From the NCBI RefSeq assembly GCF_009914755.1, contig NC_060929.1: DNA of 64,000 nt; one strand, written 5' to 3'. The translations under genes and the position numbers were made by a program. This document shows, piece by piece, positions 25,561 through 41,129 of the stretch. Below the pieces are notes generated by a model that did not search any database, had not been told where the DNA came from, and worked only from the letters and a program-made list of their open reading frames with translations. Source of the stretch: the human T2T-CHM13v2.0 reference genome, Homo sapiens. How positions within the stretch are numbered: position 1 is the first letter of the stretch; every line of letters begins with the position of its first letter.

Positions 25561-27118
25561 AGTATGTGGCCAAACCCCCTTTCCCAAATTTAGTAATTTA
25601 CTATCCTAAGAGTACGATAGTATATGCATAATTAACTTTTAAATGGTGAAAATAATAGCTTAACAATCAATAATGATGGATGCTTTGAGTCAAAGGGTCT
25701 AATTTTTCCATTAGCTTGTATAGAAAATTAAATTTACTATTGAGGAATGTGTGTTTTTTTATTAATATATCTGTAATTTTATCAGTATAAATTATCTTTA
25801 TGCTTTTAACTATCCTTTAGTCTTTTCTACTATTAAATCTCATAGATATTATTGTTATTCTAATTACTTTAATGTAAATGTATTACTCAGAAGTGTAAAA
25901 CATATTTACGTAACGTTTTCTTATTTTTTAAAAAAGTTTTCTATTAATAATTATGAAATACAGGATTTTACTCATTTTTTTACACAAACAGGAACTATTC
26001 CTTTTTAAATTGAACAAAAAACTTTGGAGAATTTGATGAAAGTTGGAGAAAAAAATTGAAGAAAAGATGCACAGATGTTTGCTATTCTCTTTTAATCACT
26101 TTTTCCCAGAAATTGTTCATTTCACCAGAAAATACTAAATGTAGGAATAAAACTGCTGCATAGTACACTCTATACTCACAAATGAAATTATCTAGTTATA
26201 TTCAATCTATTTTGTATTTTTTTAACAGCAAGTGGCTTTTCTATATGCAGACTGAGCATTGAAATGCACCGCAGCCACAAATTGTGATTAGAAAAGCTGC
26301 TTGTTTAGCAGTTTCAAAGAGAACCAACATGACAATCAAACATGGAAAGAGCAGATGGAAAATTTATTTTAGGACATGCAGCAATAATAGAGAAATTAGG
26401 GAGCAATTAAAACATGAAAAAAAAACAGTTTAGCTGAAAAAGTAAATCCAAAGTTATTTCAGTTCAGTTCCCAATTATGCTTTTTCTTAAACCAAGGTTT
26501 GAATTAGGAAGAATGAAATGTGAATGTTCCTTTAGCAAATAAGGTACAACTTAGAGTGACATGTGGTGATTGTTTAAAACAGTCTTAAAAACCAGAGCAA
26601 TCACTCGATACTAGCATTTCTTTTTAGATAGTTAAATTGTTGGTAGATGTCAACCTGTATTTAGACTGTTGGTAGATGTCAACAGTATCTAAAACTTGTA
26701 TTTAGCTTTGTACTTTAAAAATTTAACTATAAAAATTAAAAATCTGTTTTAAGTTGGCTGCATAATAGTTAGGGCCCCATGTATTAGTTTCTCAGACATC
26801 TTGCACCAAATATGTCAGAATAAATTAATGTAACCTTTGAAAATAAAGCTTTCTGCAGGTCTCTACTTCTGGATCTGAATGGAATATGCCAAGGCACAAG
26901 GGTTCCTTGTTATAGACACCAAATACACAATGTGAACAAAATACTTTCACTGGGACAGTTCTAAATGTAAATGAATTGTAGCATCAGGTGGCGGTGACTC
27001 CAGATTCTTACACAAAATTGTAGTACTACTGGTGCTGGAGCTTAATGCACAAGGCTACAGCTGTACCCTGAGAAGACGGGGCCAATGGAAGAGCAGTGTG
27101 TTTGCCAGTGTTAATGAT

Positions 27119-27480
27119 AGTACCTCAGGTTGGATTCTTTAGAAGCAGAGCCTCACCCAGGGATTCATGTGCAAGTGATTTAGAAAGGAAGTCCTCCCAG
27201 GAGAAACCAATAAAAGAGAGACAAAAGCAAGACAGTGAAGAGGTTGAGAGTAACCAGGTGCGATTTTAGACAAAGGCCCCTTTAGACAAAGGGTGGCTTC
27301 TGCCTGATCCAAAAGGAATTTTGAGGTGTTAGTTATGCCATAGTTTATCCAAACACATAATTCCTCCACCAGGGAACATGTGGTTAGATTAAACCAACTT
27401 GTCACCAAATGGCTGATTGGTCTCCTGCAGGGTTGATAACATATTGAACATTTAGACTCCATTCTTGACAAAGTCAGATA
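27119..27480 (-). mobile_element. ERVL LTR (LTR16/LTR33-like), degenerate
   Basis: CAGGTTGGATTCTTTAGAAGCAGAGCCT...GGATTCATGTGCAAGTGATTTA...CTCCCAGGAGAAACC. Confidence 0.55.
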
Positions 27481-27569
27481 TGCAGCCTCAATGAGAAGAA
27501 GTCCAAGTTTGTGCTGTTGGGCCCATGCGTAATCCCCAAGTCTAACACCATGGCTACATTTTTGGGCCT

Positions 27570-28340
27570 GAAGTGGGAAAGACCGTGGTTGGAGCAGGAT
27601 TTTGTTTTTGTTTTTTGGGTGGAAAGTGTGTTGGTGAAGGAGGAAGAGGTGGAGACTAGAGGTTCAGTCTTGTATTGCTATGAAACATCCAAATGGAGAT
27701 GTCACATAGATAGTTGGATATACAGATCTGAAGTTCAGAGGTTTCCATACTGAAGTTATACAAATTCAGATATTTTAAGCTGCAGGTAGTATATAAAGCT
27801 AAGGAACAGAAGAGTTCTTCCATGGATTGATGTGCATAGAGAAGAGGTTCAGGACTAAAACCTGCTGCATTCCAATGTTTAATGGTCAGGGGGATGAGGA
27901 CCAGAAGTGAAAGAGACCAAGAAGGAGCAGCCAGTGAGGAAGGAGAAACCCAGGACAATAACATGTCGTGCAATAGAAGTCAAATGCTATTGATGCCTCC
28001 AATAGGATGAGGGGTAAGAATCACTTATTAGATTTAGTAAGGTTTACATCATTAGTGACCTTGCTTTTGACAGAGTGATGGGAACACAACTGTAATTGTG
28101 GTAGATTCAAAGGAGAATGAGAGGAAAGAACTTGATGGCGGCAAGTAATGGACATCTCTTTGGAGAAATTTTTGTTGTTGTTGTTGTTTTTGTAAAAGGA
28201 AGTAGAGAAATAGAGCAATAATGGAGAGAATTGAGATAAAAAGAGTTAGAAATAATAACATTTTTATTCGGATGGGAATGACCCAACATCAAGGGGATTT
28301 TGATATTGAAACAAGGAGAAGACAGAATCAACAGAGCAAC
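27570..28340 (-). mobile_element. L2a LINE
   Basis: ACATCCAAATGGAGATGTC...GTTGGATATACAGATCTGAAGTTCAGAG...GAAGGAGCAGCCAGTGAGG...TTAGTGACCTTG. Confidence 0.8.
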
Positions 28341-28538
28341 ATCCTAAAGTATCAGATGTTTGTGTTAACAGTGTAGGAGTAGAACATAAGAATCAAGTAC
28401 ATATTATCCTAGCATTCATTCTTTCATTTTTGAAGAATGAGTAAGAGTAACAGACATAGTTATCTGGACCTTCTCATTCTAAAATTTTTGAGGAATGCAT
28501 CTAGAAGATGCTATGTGTGATGGTGGTAGAAAGTGTCA

Positions 28539-28908
<370 letters not shown>

Positions 28909-29309
28909 TCATTACAGCATAAGATTTATCCTAGATTGGTGGAGACTTGGTATACTCTTGCTGAAAAACTTCCATGTCATATTCTTGGAGAAGAGAGGAC
29001 CAGCATATCTCAGTTATTCAAAGAAAGTGTTGAATGCATAAGATATTGTAAGATATCATGGTGTGTTCTTAATGCTGGCTAAAAAGAGAAAATGAATTGA
29101 GGCTTATATAATGGCTGACTTCATAAAAATCTTTCTTTTACCACAAGATATGTTACTTTCTAAAACATACCAATGATATTGAAGGGGAAAAATACTATAA
29201 ATCCGTTAGAAATTAAAATAAAATCTTGACTGCAATAAATATTTGTAGATAATACCATTTAATTTTCTAATAGTAAATATAATTAAATAATACCTTGGTA
29301 CTTCTTTCC

Positions 29310-29798
29310 ACTGGAAGTTTTAAAATATATCCACAAATTTTTAAATATGTCTTCCTTCAAAACTTACGTCCCTACTGCTTTTTGAGAGTGGAAAAAAGTG
29401 ACAACTGTGATTAGGACATGAATGACATTGTGGCTTCTCTCTCACTACTCATTCTGGGGGAAGCCAGATGCTGTGTAATTAGGGCAATCACGCAGCCCTA
29501 AGGAGATATTTACTTGGTGAAGGATTTTGGAGGCCTCTTGCAAATAACAGCAAGGAAACTGAGTACTTTGCCAACAGCTTTGTGAATGATCCTCTAGCAG
29601 ATTCTCCAGCCTCAATCAAGTCTTCCTATGACTGCAGCTGTAGCCTACATCTTGACTCATGAGAGACTCTGAGTCAGAACCACCCAGCTAAGCCACCATC
29701 AAATTCTTTACCCTTAGAAGTTGTGACGAAATAAATGTTTGTTCTTTTAAGTTGAAAGTTTTGGGGAGATTTCCTATCTGGCAATAGATAACTAACAT
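29310..29798 (+). mobile_element. ERVL-MaLR LTR (MLT1F-like)
   Basis: GGGGAAGCCAGATGCTGTG...GAGAGACTCTGAGTCAGAACCACCCAGCTAAGCC...GCAATAGATAACTAACA. Confidence 0.85.
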
Positions 29799-30189
29799 AG
29801 ACTTTTTCTCTGAAATTTTAAAATTTTTATTTATTTTTTAAGCTGGATATTGCTGCATCATCTTTCTTCTCCAGAAGAGCCAAGAGTTCATCTCTGCCTT
29901 TAAATCAGAGGCCAATTTAGCTGAGCATAAAATCCTTGGGTTAGATTTCCTTTTCTTCACAATTTTGTACATTTTGATTGTCCATTTTCCAGCACTGAAT
30001 GTTTTACTCATTCCTTTACCACAGTTTTTGCATTCATTTATTGAATGTTTTAACTTGGTTGTTAAGTCTTTTTGAAATAAAGTTTATTTTTAAGAAAAGT
30101 TTTAGATTTATGGAAAAATTATGAAGATCATTCAAAGACTTCCCATATGCCCTGCATTCAGTTTCCCCTGTTGTTTATATCTTACATAT

Positions 30190-30530
30190 ATTGAGTTGGA
30201 GGGTTCAAAGATTTACAAAATGAGTGATTCTGACTAGATATTAAATATAGGTAGCTTTGGAGGCTCTCAACATGGAAGAAATTGCCTGGGGAGTGAGTAT
30301 AAGAGGAAAGAAACTAGAGTAATGCTTTTTTAAAAATCCCAATACTTACACTGGAGAGGAAGAGGCAACACAGTAAAAATACAGGAGAATGGTCAGAAAT
30401 ATTGGAGAAAACAAGGGAAGCACCGTGTTAAATAAGCCAATGTAAGAGTTTCTAATGAAAGAAAGCAGTCAAGGTTATTAAATGCTACAGAAAGATGAAG
30501 CAAAATGAATATCCCTTCAATAAGTGACCT
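30190..30530 (-). mobile_element. L2 fragment
   Basis: Purine-rich antisense L2-like text, e.g. AAATGCTACAGAAAGATGAAGCAAAATGA...GTGACCTGGAGA. Confidence 0.5.
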
Positions 30531-31668
30531 GGAGATCCCACTTTAAGTAGGAAAACAGGAAACTCACCAAAAATGAGCATATTCAGTATTTCAAAAGAAG
30601 AGTGACATTCTAGGGAATGTTAATAAAGATAGTGTAATATATTCTAAAGATTTCTATTTATAATTTTCAATAAAATGTAAGGCAAAGTTTTATTCATAAA
30701 AAAATTATATGCATTTCTGAATTTCCAAGTTCTGCATTTCCAATTGTTGTATACAAGTTCAACCTATATGTTTTGGGGACATTTCAAGATGCATCACTCT
30801 CCTAGGCATAGTTGATTAGACAAAGGGTGAATGCTTGATATTATATGGCCCTGTCAGGGTTCTTCCCCAAACCCAAATTAGGATTAGGAGTGAGAGAGCA
30901 AGAGTCAATTAATTTCTCCATAAAATTGCGATAATAATAAACTTGGAGATCCTTTTGCCCCCAGTGAGGTTTGTAATCACCAGAAAGCCATCTGCTTACC
31001 AAAAACAGGCAGCTTGTTTTAATCTCTCATTCATTAATTCTCTCCTTATGTCTTATTTGCCATTATACTATCCAGAGTATTCTTACCTTTTTTGTGTGCA
31101 TTTTAGCCACAGAATTTCTAGTTTTTTCAAAGAGATTATGTCACTTTTCATAATTTCTAGTTCTTAGCTGATATTTGGATATTATACTTTTAATTCTAAG
31201 AGCATAGTAAGTCATCATTATTTTACAGTCTGTTGCTAGTAATTCCATTGACTAGAGTGCTTGTGGATCTATCGCACTTTTTATCGTGTAGATTGTTTTC
31301 CTATATTGTCCTTTTTTCTCATATTTAGTTGCGTGCTGGATGTTTTATTTTAAAAAGTCATTTGTAGAAATAATTTGAAGTTAAAGTTTATTTCCTTTGG
31401 AGGAAATTTTCTTTTGTTTTTTCCAGGTATTTTGGGGCATGTGCAAAACAAGTGATCTTAAGTTAATTTCAAGATGTAAGGTTTTCTGTGTCCCCAGATG
31501 TCTCTGAGGTTGACTCAAGTGCTTGCAAAGGGTGCATTACTTTCTGTTCATTTTTACTCTGAGTGTGTGACCCTCAGGAGTTGTTTACCATAGACATCTT
31601 CCCTTGCCAAGGCTTGGACTCCAGTTTTGTTGCTCTATATCAAAGAATTTGTCAGAGGTGTTCCTTAG

Positions 31669-32297
<629 letters not shown>

Positions 32298-32376
32298 ACT
32301 TACCTGGATTTCTATATTTTCCTAGCTCTTGACATGGTTATTCTTCACCATCATTTTGAAATTTTTAATTGTTTTT

Positions 32377-32535
32377 AGTGGCTGTCCTATTTTGTGGAGC
32401 CCAAAGCTGACCCAACTTGTAGGTCCCTCTTTAAGAAACAGAATGCAAAATTAGATATGAGGCCTTGGGAGGAACTGTGCAAGTGAAGAGCCCTGTAATC
32501 TAAGCTCAAGTAGGTTCACAGTAAGTCCTCCTCTG
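32377..32535. mobile_element. MER53-like hAT MITE
   Basis: TTTTGTGGAGCCCAAAGCT...CCCTCTTTAAGAAACAGAATGCAAAATTAG...GTGCAAGTGAAGAGCCCTG...GTAAGTCCTCCTCTG. Confidence 0.7.
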
Positions 32536-34352
32536 TTGGCTTCACTTAGTGGTTAGGTCCAAATTATCTCCTACTCTGTCATTACCAAAAGTGGAAGGCA
32601 TCATGACGTATCTTTAAAAACACATATCATTTTCACTGTGGTGTAATATTTGCATCACGAAGAACAGCAAAGCTAACAGAGCAGAACAACTCTCCCTTTT
32701 CACATGCACCTTCTCTTTGAGTGGAACAGCAGGCAGAATTACCCACACTATTTCTCTATTTATTTATATCTCACTCTCCCTCTTTTTCTCTCTTATAAGT
32801 AAGCATAGCTGAATATGTAAAAGCTAAATTTGCTATGATGGAACTCCATTATTATCTGTAATTTTTTGTGGGTTTCTTTAACATGAGTTACTTCTAAGTG
32901 CATGCCAGATGAATTTTTAGCAATTTTTATTATTAATTACCATTATTATTGCATTGTTACTAATGTTATAATCTGCATGGTTTATACTTTTTGGAATTGG
33001 GATTGTGTTGAGGCCAAATGGTTACCTTTTAAAGTTTTGTGTGTTTTAAAAGAATGCATATTTTATGTTGATAGCAGGAAACTCTATAAACCAATTAAAT
33101 TAAGTTTATTAAACTTAAGGATAATAACATGAAAAGAGAAAGCTTTAACCCATTGGTTTATTTTTCTAAAAATATACAACTTTATTTAGAAATAAATATA
33201 ATTTTAAAAATAAATGAAAATTTAGTCAATCAAAATATAAGAAGATGTCAAAAAAGAATATATATTACACAAAATAAAACATTAGGAATTCCTAATAAGA
33301 GGCAGCCCATAATGTAAGGTAAATAAAGCCCTATGTATTTCATCCTAAAAAGTTGTAGGAAGAAAATGGGAAATAGAGAAGGACAGGATAGCTGACAGAT
33401 GTGTGTTCTATGAAACATTTGGGCTTCCACTTGGAAAAAAGGAAGTCTGTTACACAGGCATAGGAAATTTCAAGGGAATATGGTCTTCCATTAGGGCTTG
33501 GAAAATTTCTCTTTAGGGCTTCGGAGAGAGGTAATTTCTTAGGATGATCCTCAGGTAATCTTCAGTTTCCAGGCAATCTTAATGTCCCCTGTAGGAAGAA
33601 TGGAATCCCACAGTTCCTGGAGGATGGTACTTGGGTAACAGCCTTTTGTGAACTAAAGTGAATACTGACATACTTGAATTTTTTAAAATATTTTATTTTG
33701 TGTGATGATTTCATAAACATCTTTTTAGTGGACCTACCATAGGGAAGAGTTGAAGTAGTCCTACTGCCAGAAAGAAGATGTGACAGACAACTTCAGGAAG
33801 AGCTAATTTTGAGCACTCAGGGTGAACTATTAGAATCTGCCCAGGTTTGGAGAGACCAATTTTTAACTTCCATTTTGGAAATGAGCAAGTCACTCAGTGA
33901 TCAAATGAATCAGAGGAAAATTTAAAATGACTGTGAGGATACAAGCATTACTTCATTCATTCTACCACTAGGAGTTTGTGTGAGCCCTTCCTCTTTCTAC
34001 CATATACCAAACACTAAAGGTAATACTAAAAATATTTAAGAACCAATATATTAAAGGTACTGAATAATTGAAACAGACACCTGTTTCACAAGAGTTAATA
34101 GAATATCAGCTGAATGTCAGTTCTGGAACACTGTCTTAGAGATAAATCAAAAAAGAGAGAGTGAAATGTGAAAAAATGAGCAAATAACCCCAAAGACTTA
34201 GCATTATCTAAAAGAATTAGTTAGCTTACTGTATTGGGCTAAATGTTAGGAAGTGTTTGAGTACTTTCTTACCACTTCCTAATGGGTGAGGGCTTACAGG
34301 GAAGACCAGATAGATCTTTGCAGGTCTGAGTTGTTTGCAAATTTGTGACTTC

Positions 34353-34428
34353 ACACACACAAACACACACACACACACACATATATATATATTTCTATAC
34401 ACACACATACATATATACACACACATAT
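34353..34428. repeat. Compound (CA)n(TA)n microsatellite
   Basis: Read directly from the sequence. Confidence 0.95.
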
Positions 34429-34849
34429 AGACTTTAGACTTTTTGAGACAGGTATGAGAAACCAAAGGGGAACTCACTAGTTCACTGCCATATTAAACTC
34501 TTATGAGCTGAGGTGAGTGAGCTCTGTTTAGTTTTTTGATTTAGTGGGACATCCTGGGCATGTCCAACTAGATGTTGTTCTCAAGGCAGATTTACTATAC
34601 TGGACTTGTACTATATTTTGTAATCAGACAGGAGTGGCATATGATACCATGGGAGAGAAAAAGATTGTCTAGATGGAAATTTTGTAGCAAAAAATAGAAT
34701 GGCCAATCTATATTTAACTTATGGACATAAAAAGAGTAGATAACAAATGATATGTGAAAAGCTGCTCAGAGACTTATGAAACAAAACAGGAAAGTAAAAT
34801 ATCATGGAGAAGATGGAAAAAATATGACAAGTTCTTAGTATCATCAAAT

Positions 34850-35077
34850 TCTAAAGAATCAGGCAGGCTGGTGTTCAGAATCTGGCTCTACCAGGGTTGT
34901 ATAACTATGAGTTATTTATTTAAATTATCCAAGCTTTAATTTCTCTATCTGTAAAAAATAATAGTTGTACTTATATCATAGGTTTAAAATAAGGATCTGT
35001 GAGATAATCCATGTAAAGTATTTAGCACAGTGGTTGGCATAAATTCTCAGTAAATATTAGGCATTATTATTATTATT
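34850..35077 (+). mobile_element. MIR SINE
   Basis: CAGGCAGGCTGGTGTTCAGAATCTGGCTCTACC...CTATCTGTAAAAA...GAGATAATCCATGTAAAGTATTTAGCACAG...TATTATT. Confidence 0.85.
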
Positions 35078-36702
35078 GGTTTTTGGATCAGAGTTGGTAT
35101 GTGGCAGGAAGAGAGAAATCTTCCTCTGATTCAAGGACTGAAAGAAAGAGTAGAGCCTGAATAAATTTGGGGGTGAAAGGTAGAACATACAACGGAATTT
35201 ATGTGAGGTATCATTTATCTCATTGCAGTGATCAAGATTGAATGTGATCATATGAGTTAATACTGCACTCAAAAAAAAAAGAAAGAAAAAAAAGAATTTA
35301 AAGTTCATATGCCTGACTATATGGGAATGGGAATAAAGTAAATGGATGTTGGGTTTATCCCTAAATAGGGTGAAGAGAGCTCTTAAAGTGGATAGTTAAG
35401 GGGATAGGACACATTTAATGTGGCTGATTGTGGAATTGAGATTGACACAGAGCAAAATAAAAACTGGAAGGTCTAATATGCTAGATGCAATGAGAGGAAA
35501 AGAAGCTTAAATGGTAGAGAGGAAATGAAATGTAGTGGAAGAGAGGAAGCAACTCATAGGTATAGGAGAAAGATTTGAGAGGAGAATTTTTGTTCATAAA
35601 AAAGGTGCAGAAATATTCCAGGTGATGACTAGGTTTGAAATTTATAGAAATGGAAATGGAGATCTTTTAAGACATTGAATCCAGATGTAGAAGTCAGAAT
35701 CACCAAGTATAATATAAAGGATGTTTGAAAATGGGTCCTTTGAACCAACTAATTAAATCTTTGAGAAAGAAAAAAAAAACCTGGAAGGCTGTGAGTTATT
35801 GCAATGAAGATGGGGAGATCATAATACAAAACAAATTTTACAGACACTACAGATACATTGTAGTAGACCATTAACCTTAAGACACTAGCTGTTTACTATT
35901 CTGCAAATATTCTTATCCAAACACTATTCTGTGCTCTGAAATATTTAAGTTCAGAAATTACCTTTGGAATTGAGACCCTAGGCTGCAACAATGTTACCTA
36001 TATGACTATTAAACCATAGGTTAAATCAAGCCATAAAATAGCCTCATACCCTCACTAAAATTAGATTGGTAGTGTGTTTTTAAATGTTATTTTTTTCAAA
36101 TGAATTTACTCTAACAGTACTTCTTTGTTTTGGTTTTAAGGCTTAAATTAGGTGCCACTGGAACCATTACTGGCTTGGCAGATACTTGCTTCTATAGTGT
36201 GATTTGAGGGGTGTTTTGAGAGAAGGTTCATTTGAACCTAATTGTCTCTACCACTGGCACTTTTATTATCTATTAAACTGTTGCTCAGATGAATTTATCA
36301 AGATAGTTTTAATGAACCAGACGTCAACCAGAAACTTTAAAGAAGAGAAAGCAGTAAAAAGAATTTTGAGATAGAAGGGAAAACAAAATCAAGAGCAAGG
36401 AGTATTGCCAGAAGAGCTGAACGTCGTGAGCATCTCTACAAATGTAACGTCAGGTCAGTGCATACCAAACTAAGGGAAGAGGAAAAAAAGGAAGAAATAT
36501 TTTTTACCTATTTTCCTGATTTGGGGTAGAGAAGGACTAGTTGTCTGTGCGCTAAATTCCCATCTTTATGTGTAATAAAAACGAAATGTTCAAGAAGCAG
36601 TTAAGCCTCCTTGAGTTGATTTAAAATATTTTCCTTTTGTGAAGATAGAGCCTTATTTTAGAAAAAATAATCAACTGAATGGTCTTATTAAAGAGTGGTG
36701 AT

Positions 36703-37379
<677 letters not shown>

Positions 37380-38190
37380 GGGGGGGGTGTTATCTAATTT
37401 TAAGTGTACTTGCTTACCCTCATGGACAATGCTTGCTAAGGACTCAAGCAGGAGAGAAATGCTGCTTTAGGTAAATTACAACTAAAAGTATAAATTATCG
37501 TAGGTGAGAGTTGTGGAGTAAATAGTTTCTCTATTACAGTTAAACAGAACAATTGTCTTCTTGTGACTGGACTAGATCACAAGGTTTTTGCCAAAGGGTT
37601 CATGTGAACTCAAGTAATCAATCTTGTTTTGTGTGGGGGCCACATGGAGGAGAGAATGAGGCGGTTCTCAGGAGTGTCCCAGATCTTTTTTTTTTTTTTT
37701 TTTTTTTGCTTTTCCTGCACTCTTACCAATTAGAGAGGCAGAGTATTAGGTACAAATCCTGAAAGCTAGGAGGAAAACTATGAGGACTGTGATCTCTGGT
37801 GAAACCACAGATATGTTCTAGAAAATTAAAGTATTTTAAAGTTGAAGCAAGGAGAAAAGAGAAAAGACTCAGGGTTCTCTCTTCAAAGTTATTGCTGAAA
37901 AGGATATTTTAAACAGTTGATGGTATACCTAGTGTACATAAGGGTGTGTGTGTGTGTGCATAGTGTGTATTTTTATGTATGCTATAATGAAATAATCTGT
38001 AAATATTTGTATGATGTTTTATTTGACTTTTCTATTAGAGATGCTTTGTTGATGTTTTTTATTAAACGGATAGCATGATAATACCTGGTATAAGCAGAAT
38101 TGTCAAAACGTATACATAGAAGCAGCCTGGATACCTAGGGCAGCTTACTCTTTGTGTGGGTTACCTTTTATTCTGAATTACTTGAACAGT

Positions 38191-38396
38191 AGATTTATAA
38201 ACATACCTATATCGAATAAAAAATATATAAATCAGACATGGTCAGTGGATTTAAAACAGTCTCAAAATGTAGTGCTCCCCCAGATTTCACAAATCCAACT
38301 CAGATGCCACCAGGTCACAAATTCAGATACGTGCGGGAATAGCATAAAAGAGAGAAGCGTCCTGGTAAGGACTCCTGGCAAAGGGAGGACTCAGGA
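38191..38396 (+). repeat. Source copy of the 204-bp duplication
   Basis: AGATTTATAAACATACC...GGGAGGACTCAGGA embedded in non-Alu sequence. Confidence 0.97.
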
Positions 38397-41129
38397 CTCG
38401 CTTAGAGGGGGATTCTCTACCTGGCTCCAGGGGTTTGTTGCCTAGTGGGAATGTCAGCTCTGATTTTCCAAGAAAAAAAGAAAATTCTGTTTTTTTTAAT
38501 GTAAAATCTTATAATTTTAAATACTGGTATCTAGTTTTAATTTAAAAACATGTATAGACCAAACAAATTTTACATCAGAGATAGTCAACTACCTATTTCA
38601 CCTGATTGATTGAGTTTTTGTTGAATCTCTCTATATATTTATTTGCATTTTTTTGAATTGGTTAAAGTCCAAATGAGCTGCTCAAAAGAGAGTTCAGACT
38701 TCTAACATAAATGTCAAATGCGCTAAAGTTTACCTCTTTGTGAAACATTGCAAGAATTTGTAAATAGTCCTTTAGGATTTTATTGTGCCCGCAGAGTAAA
38801 ATAGTGAATGAATTATGAATCTGGAAATTATAAATTCATAATATAAGCCAGTTAATTCAGTCTCAAAAGCATTGATTTATTTAATCTGGAACAGATGATT
38901 TTGATTCTTATGGAACTGAATTCACTGACTAAGCTATTCTTGCCCTGCACAGATACAGGATAAGAGGTCTGAGGCAACCATGGCCTACAGCAGTTTGGAT
39001 TTGGTTTATAAATATTTTAAAGTTGTCAGAAATACCTCAGAGTTGTACAGGGCCAGAGATTAAGAGATTCAATCCAAGAAAGGGAAGGAAAAATTCCACT
39101 AATATCAAAAATTGGACAAAGGACGACATTAATGATACCCCTTACATTTTCCTCTGGCAGTTCATTTGAGGTGTGTGTCCAGGGCGGGGCGGGAAAGGGG
39201 GTATATTTTCTTTGAAAATAAAAATATCTTTCTGAAGGAAACCTTAGCTTTTTTGCAGCCTGAAGCATGGTCAGTGTCACTTAAATAAGCAATAATTAGT
39301 CTTGGTAAAACTTGTGTTTGAATTTTAATTTGAAAGTTGGAAAATTTTGATATTTAAAATATTGACTTTTTCAAAAAAAGGATAATTTTTATAGCAATAG
39401 AAAACCTTAATAAATGCCAAGTGTTTGCTGATTAACCTAAACATTGTTTCTCAGAAGCTTTTAGTTTAGGATTCTTTAATTAGAAACTTTAAGAAATTAC
39501 TAGTCTACTTTCTATATAATAGGTTCTTAATAGAAGAAAAAGAATTGCATGATGATAAAGGAAAGTGTACTACTAGTTATACATTCATTTTATTCTGTAT
39601 TTTGTATGAACAGATATGTATAAATATAATTAATTAATTAAATGAAAGAAATCACCAATAACAAAAATGGAAATTCACAGCTTCTAAAATTTTAACAACT
39701 TAATTCTTAATTTTAGATATGTTGATCACAGTGTTTCAAGTCAATTCTGAAACTTAGCAAAAGAGAATTTTAAGGAGACGTTAATTAGATTAAATAAACG
39801 CAATATATTTTATAGAAAATGTATGTATATGCACATCACTATACATCTGTTAAGATTACTGTCATGGAAAGCTAAAGAGCAACTTTACAAGAAAGGAAAT
39901 TATTTGCAACCATGAAAGCTGTAATTAGGAAAGCATAAGGTGCCACAAAGAAGTCCCTCTAAATTCTTCTAGGAAAACAATGTCCAGGAATTGGATTCAG
40001 TCTTCATAGCATTTATGATAAGTGTAGCCAGCTTTGTATAGATGCTTAAAACTTTAAATATTATTTCCTAGAAGTGCTTGAAAATTCATTATGTTATCTG
40101 AGGGAGACCAAAGTCATTGTGGAATGACGATGTGAGAATTATTAGGAAACCATTGGAAAATGATAAGTACTCTTCAGTCAGTGGTAACTGCCATGGAGAA
40201 TATTGCCTTATTCTTATTTTTGAAGTTTTGAATGTATGTGACAAAAAACAAAGAGATGAACAAAAGCAAACAAAAAACCCGTAAGATACATTCTAGCATT
40301 TTTAGCCATCTCTGATTCTTATTCAAGAAATAAAAGTGAAGATCCTTCTTAACAGTATAAAGCATTTTATGCCAGACATGTGTTGTATCCTTTAAATATT
40401 ATGAATCTTGCCAATGTCTTTAATCGGTTCTCACATACATACGTGAGGATTCACATTTTTTCATGATTAGGACACTACATATTAGCATGCATTTCAGAGA
40501 ACATTATTGTATGTGGGTTCTAAAAGTGAAAATCCTTGGAATTTAAAGTCGCATGTGGCAAAATCTTCTTGGCCAAAAGATTCAGTCAGTCTCTCATCTA
40601 ATATAAAATAATCCCCATATCAAATGAAGCAGATATCTATCAATATTGAGAAAGCAACGTGCTCGACATGTTGGAGGTCTTCCATTGACACTACTTAGTA
40701 AGGTTTTACCAATGAAGAATCAGTACATAAAAGACTTAATATCGTATCACACATGGGTCTGTGTTTGGTTATTATTCTACCGACTCATTTTTATCATAAT
40801 TGTTTCTTTCTTCACTATTCTATGCTTAGGAGATCTGCTAATATGAATGGCTAAAGGATAAATAAAGCTGACAAACAAACATGAAGATATCTCTTGGCAT
40901 TAAGATAATTATAGATCATTACATGGTAGGAATAGCCGATAGTTCTAAAGTAATATGAGTAAATAAAACAATTTAAACCTGTACTTCACCTCAGCTTTTT
41001 AATATTTTACTATTTCTCCTTTGTTGCTTCAAAGCTATGAATTTCAAGATTTATTTGTCACTATTCTCTATATTTTCTGCTGTACACAGTATTTGTGGTC
41101 TATGGCAACCAATCCCCTTGGGCGTTCTT

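Noticed and set aside
36318-36458. Three ACGTC (CRE half-site-like) motifs
   Set aside because: No full TGACGTCA and no other support.
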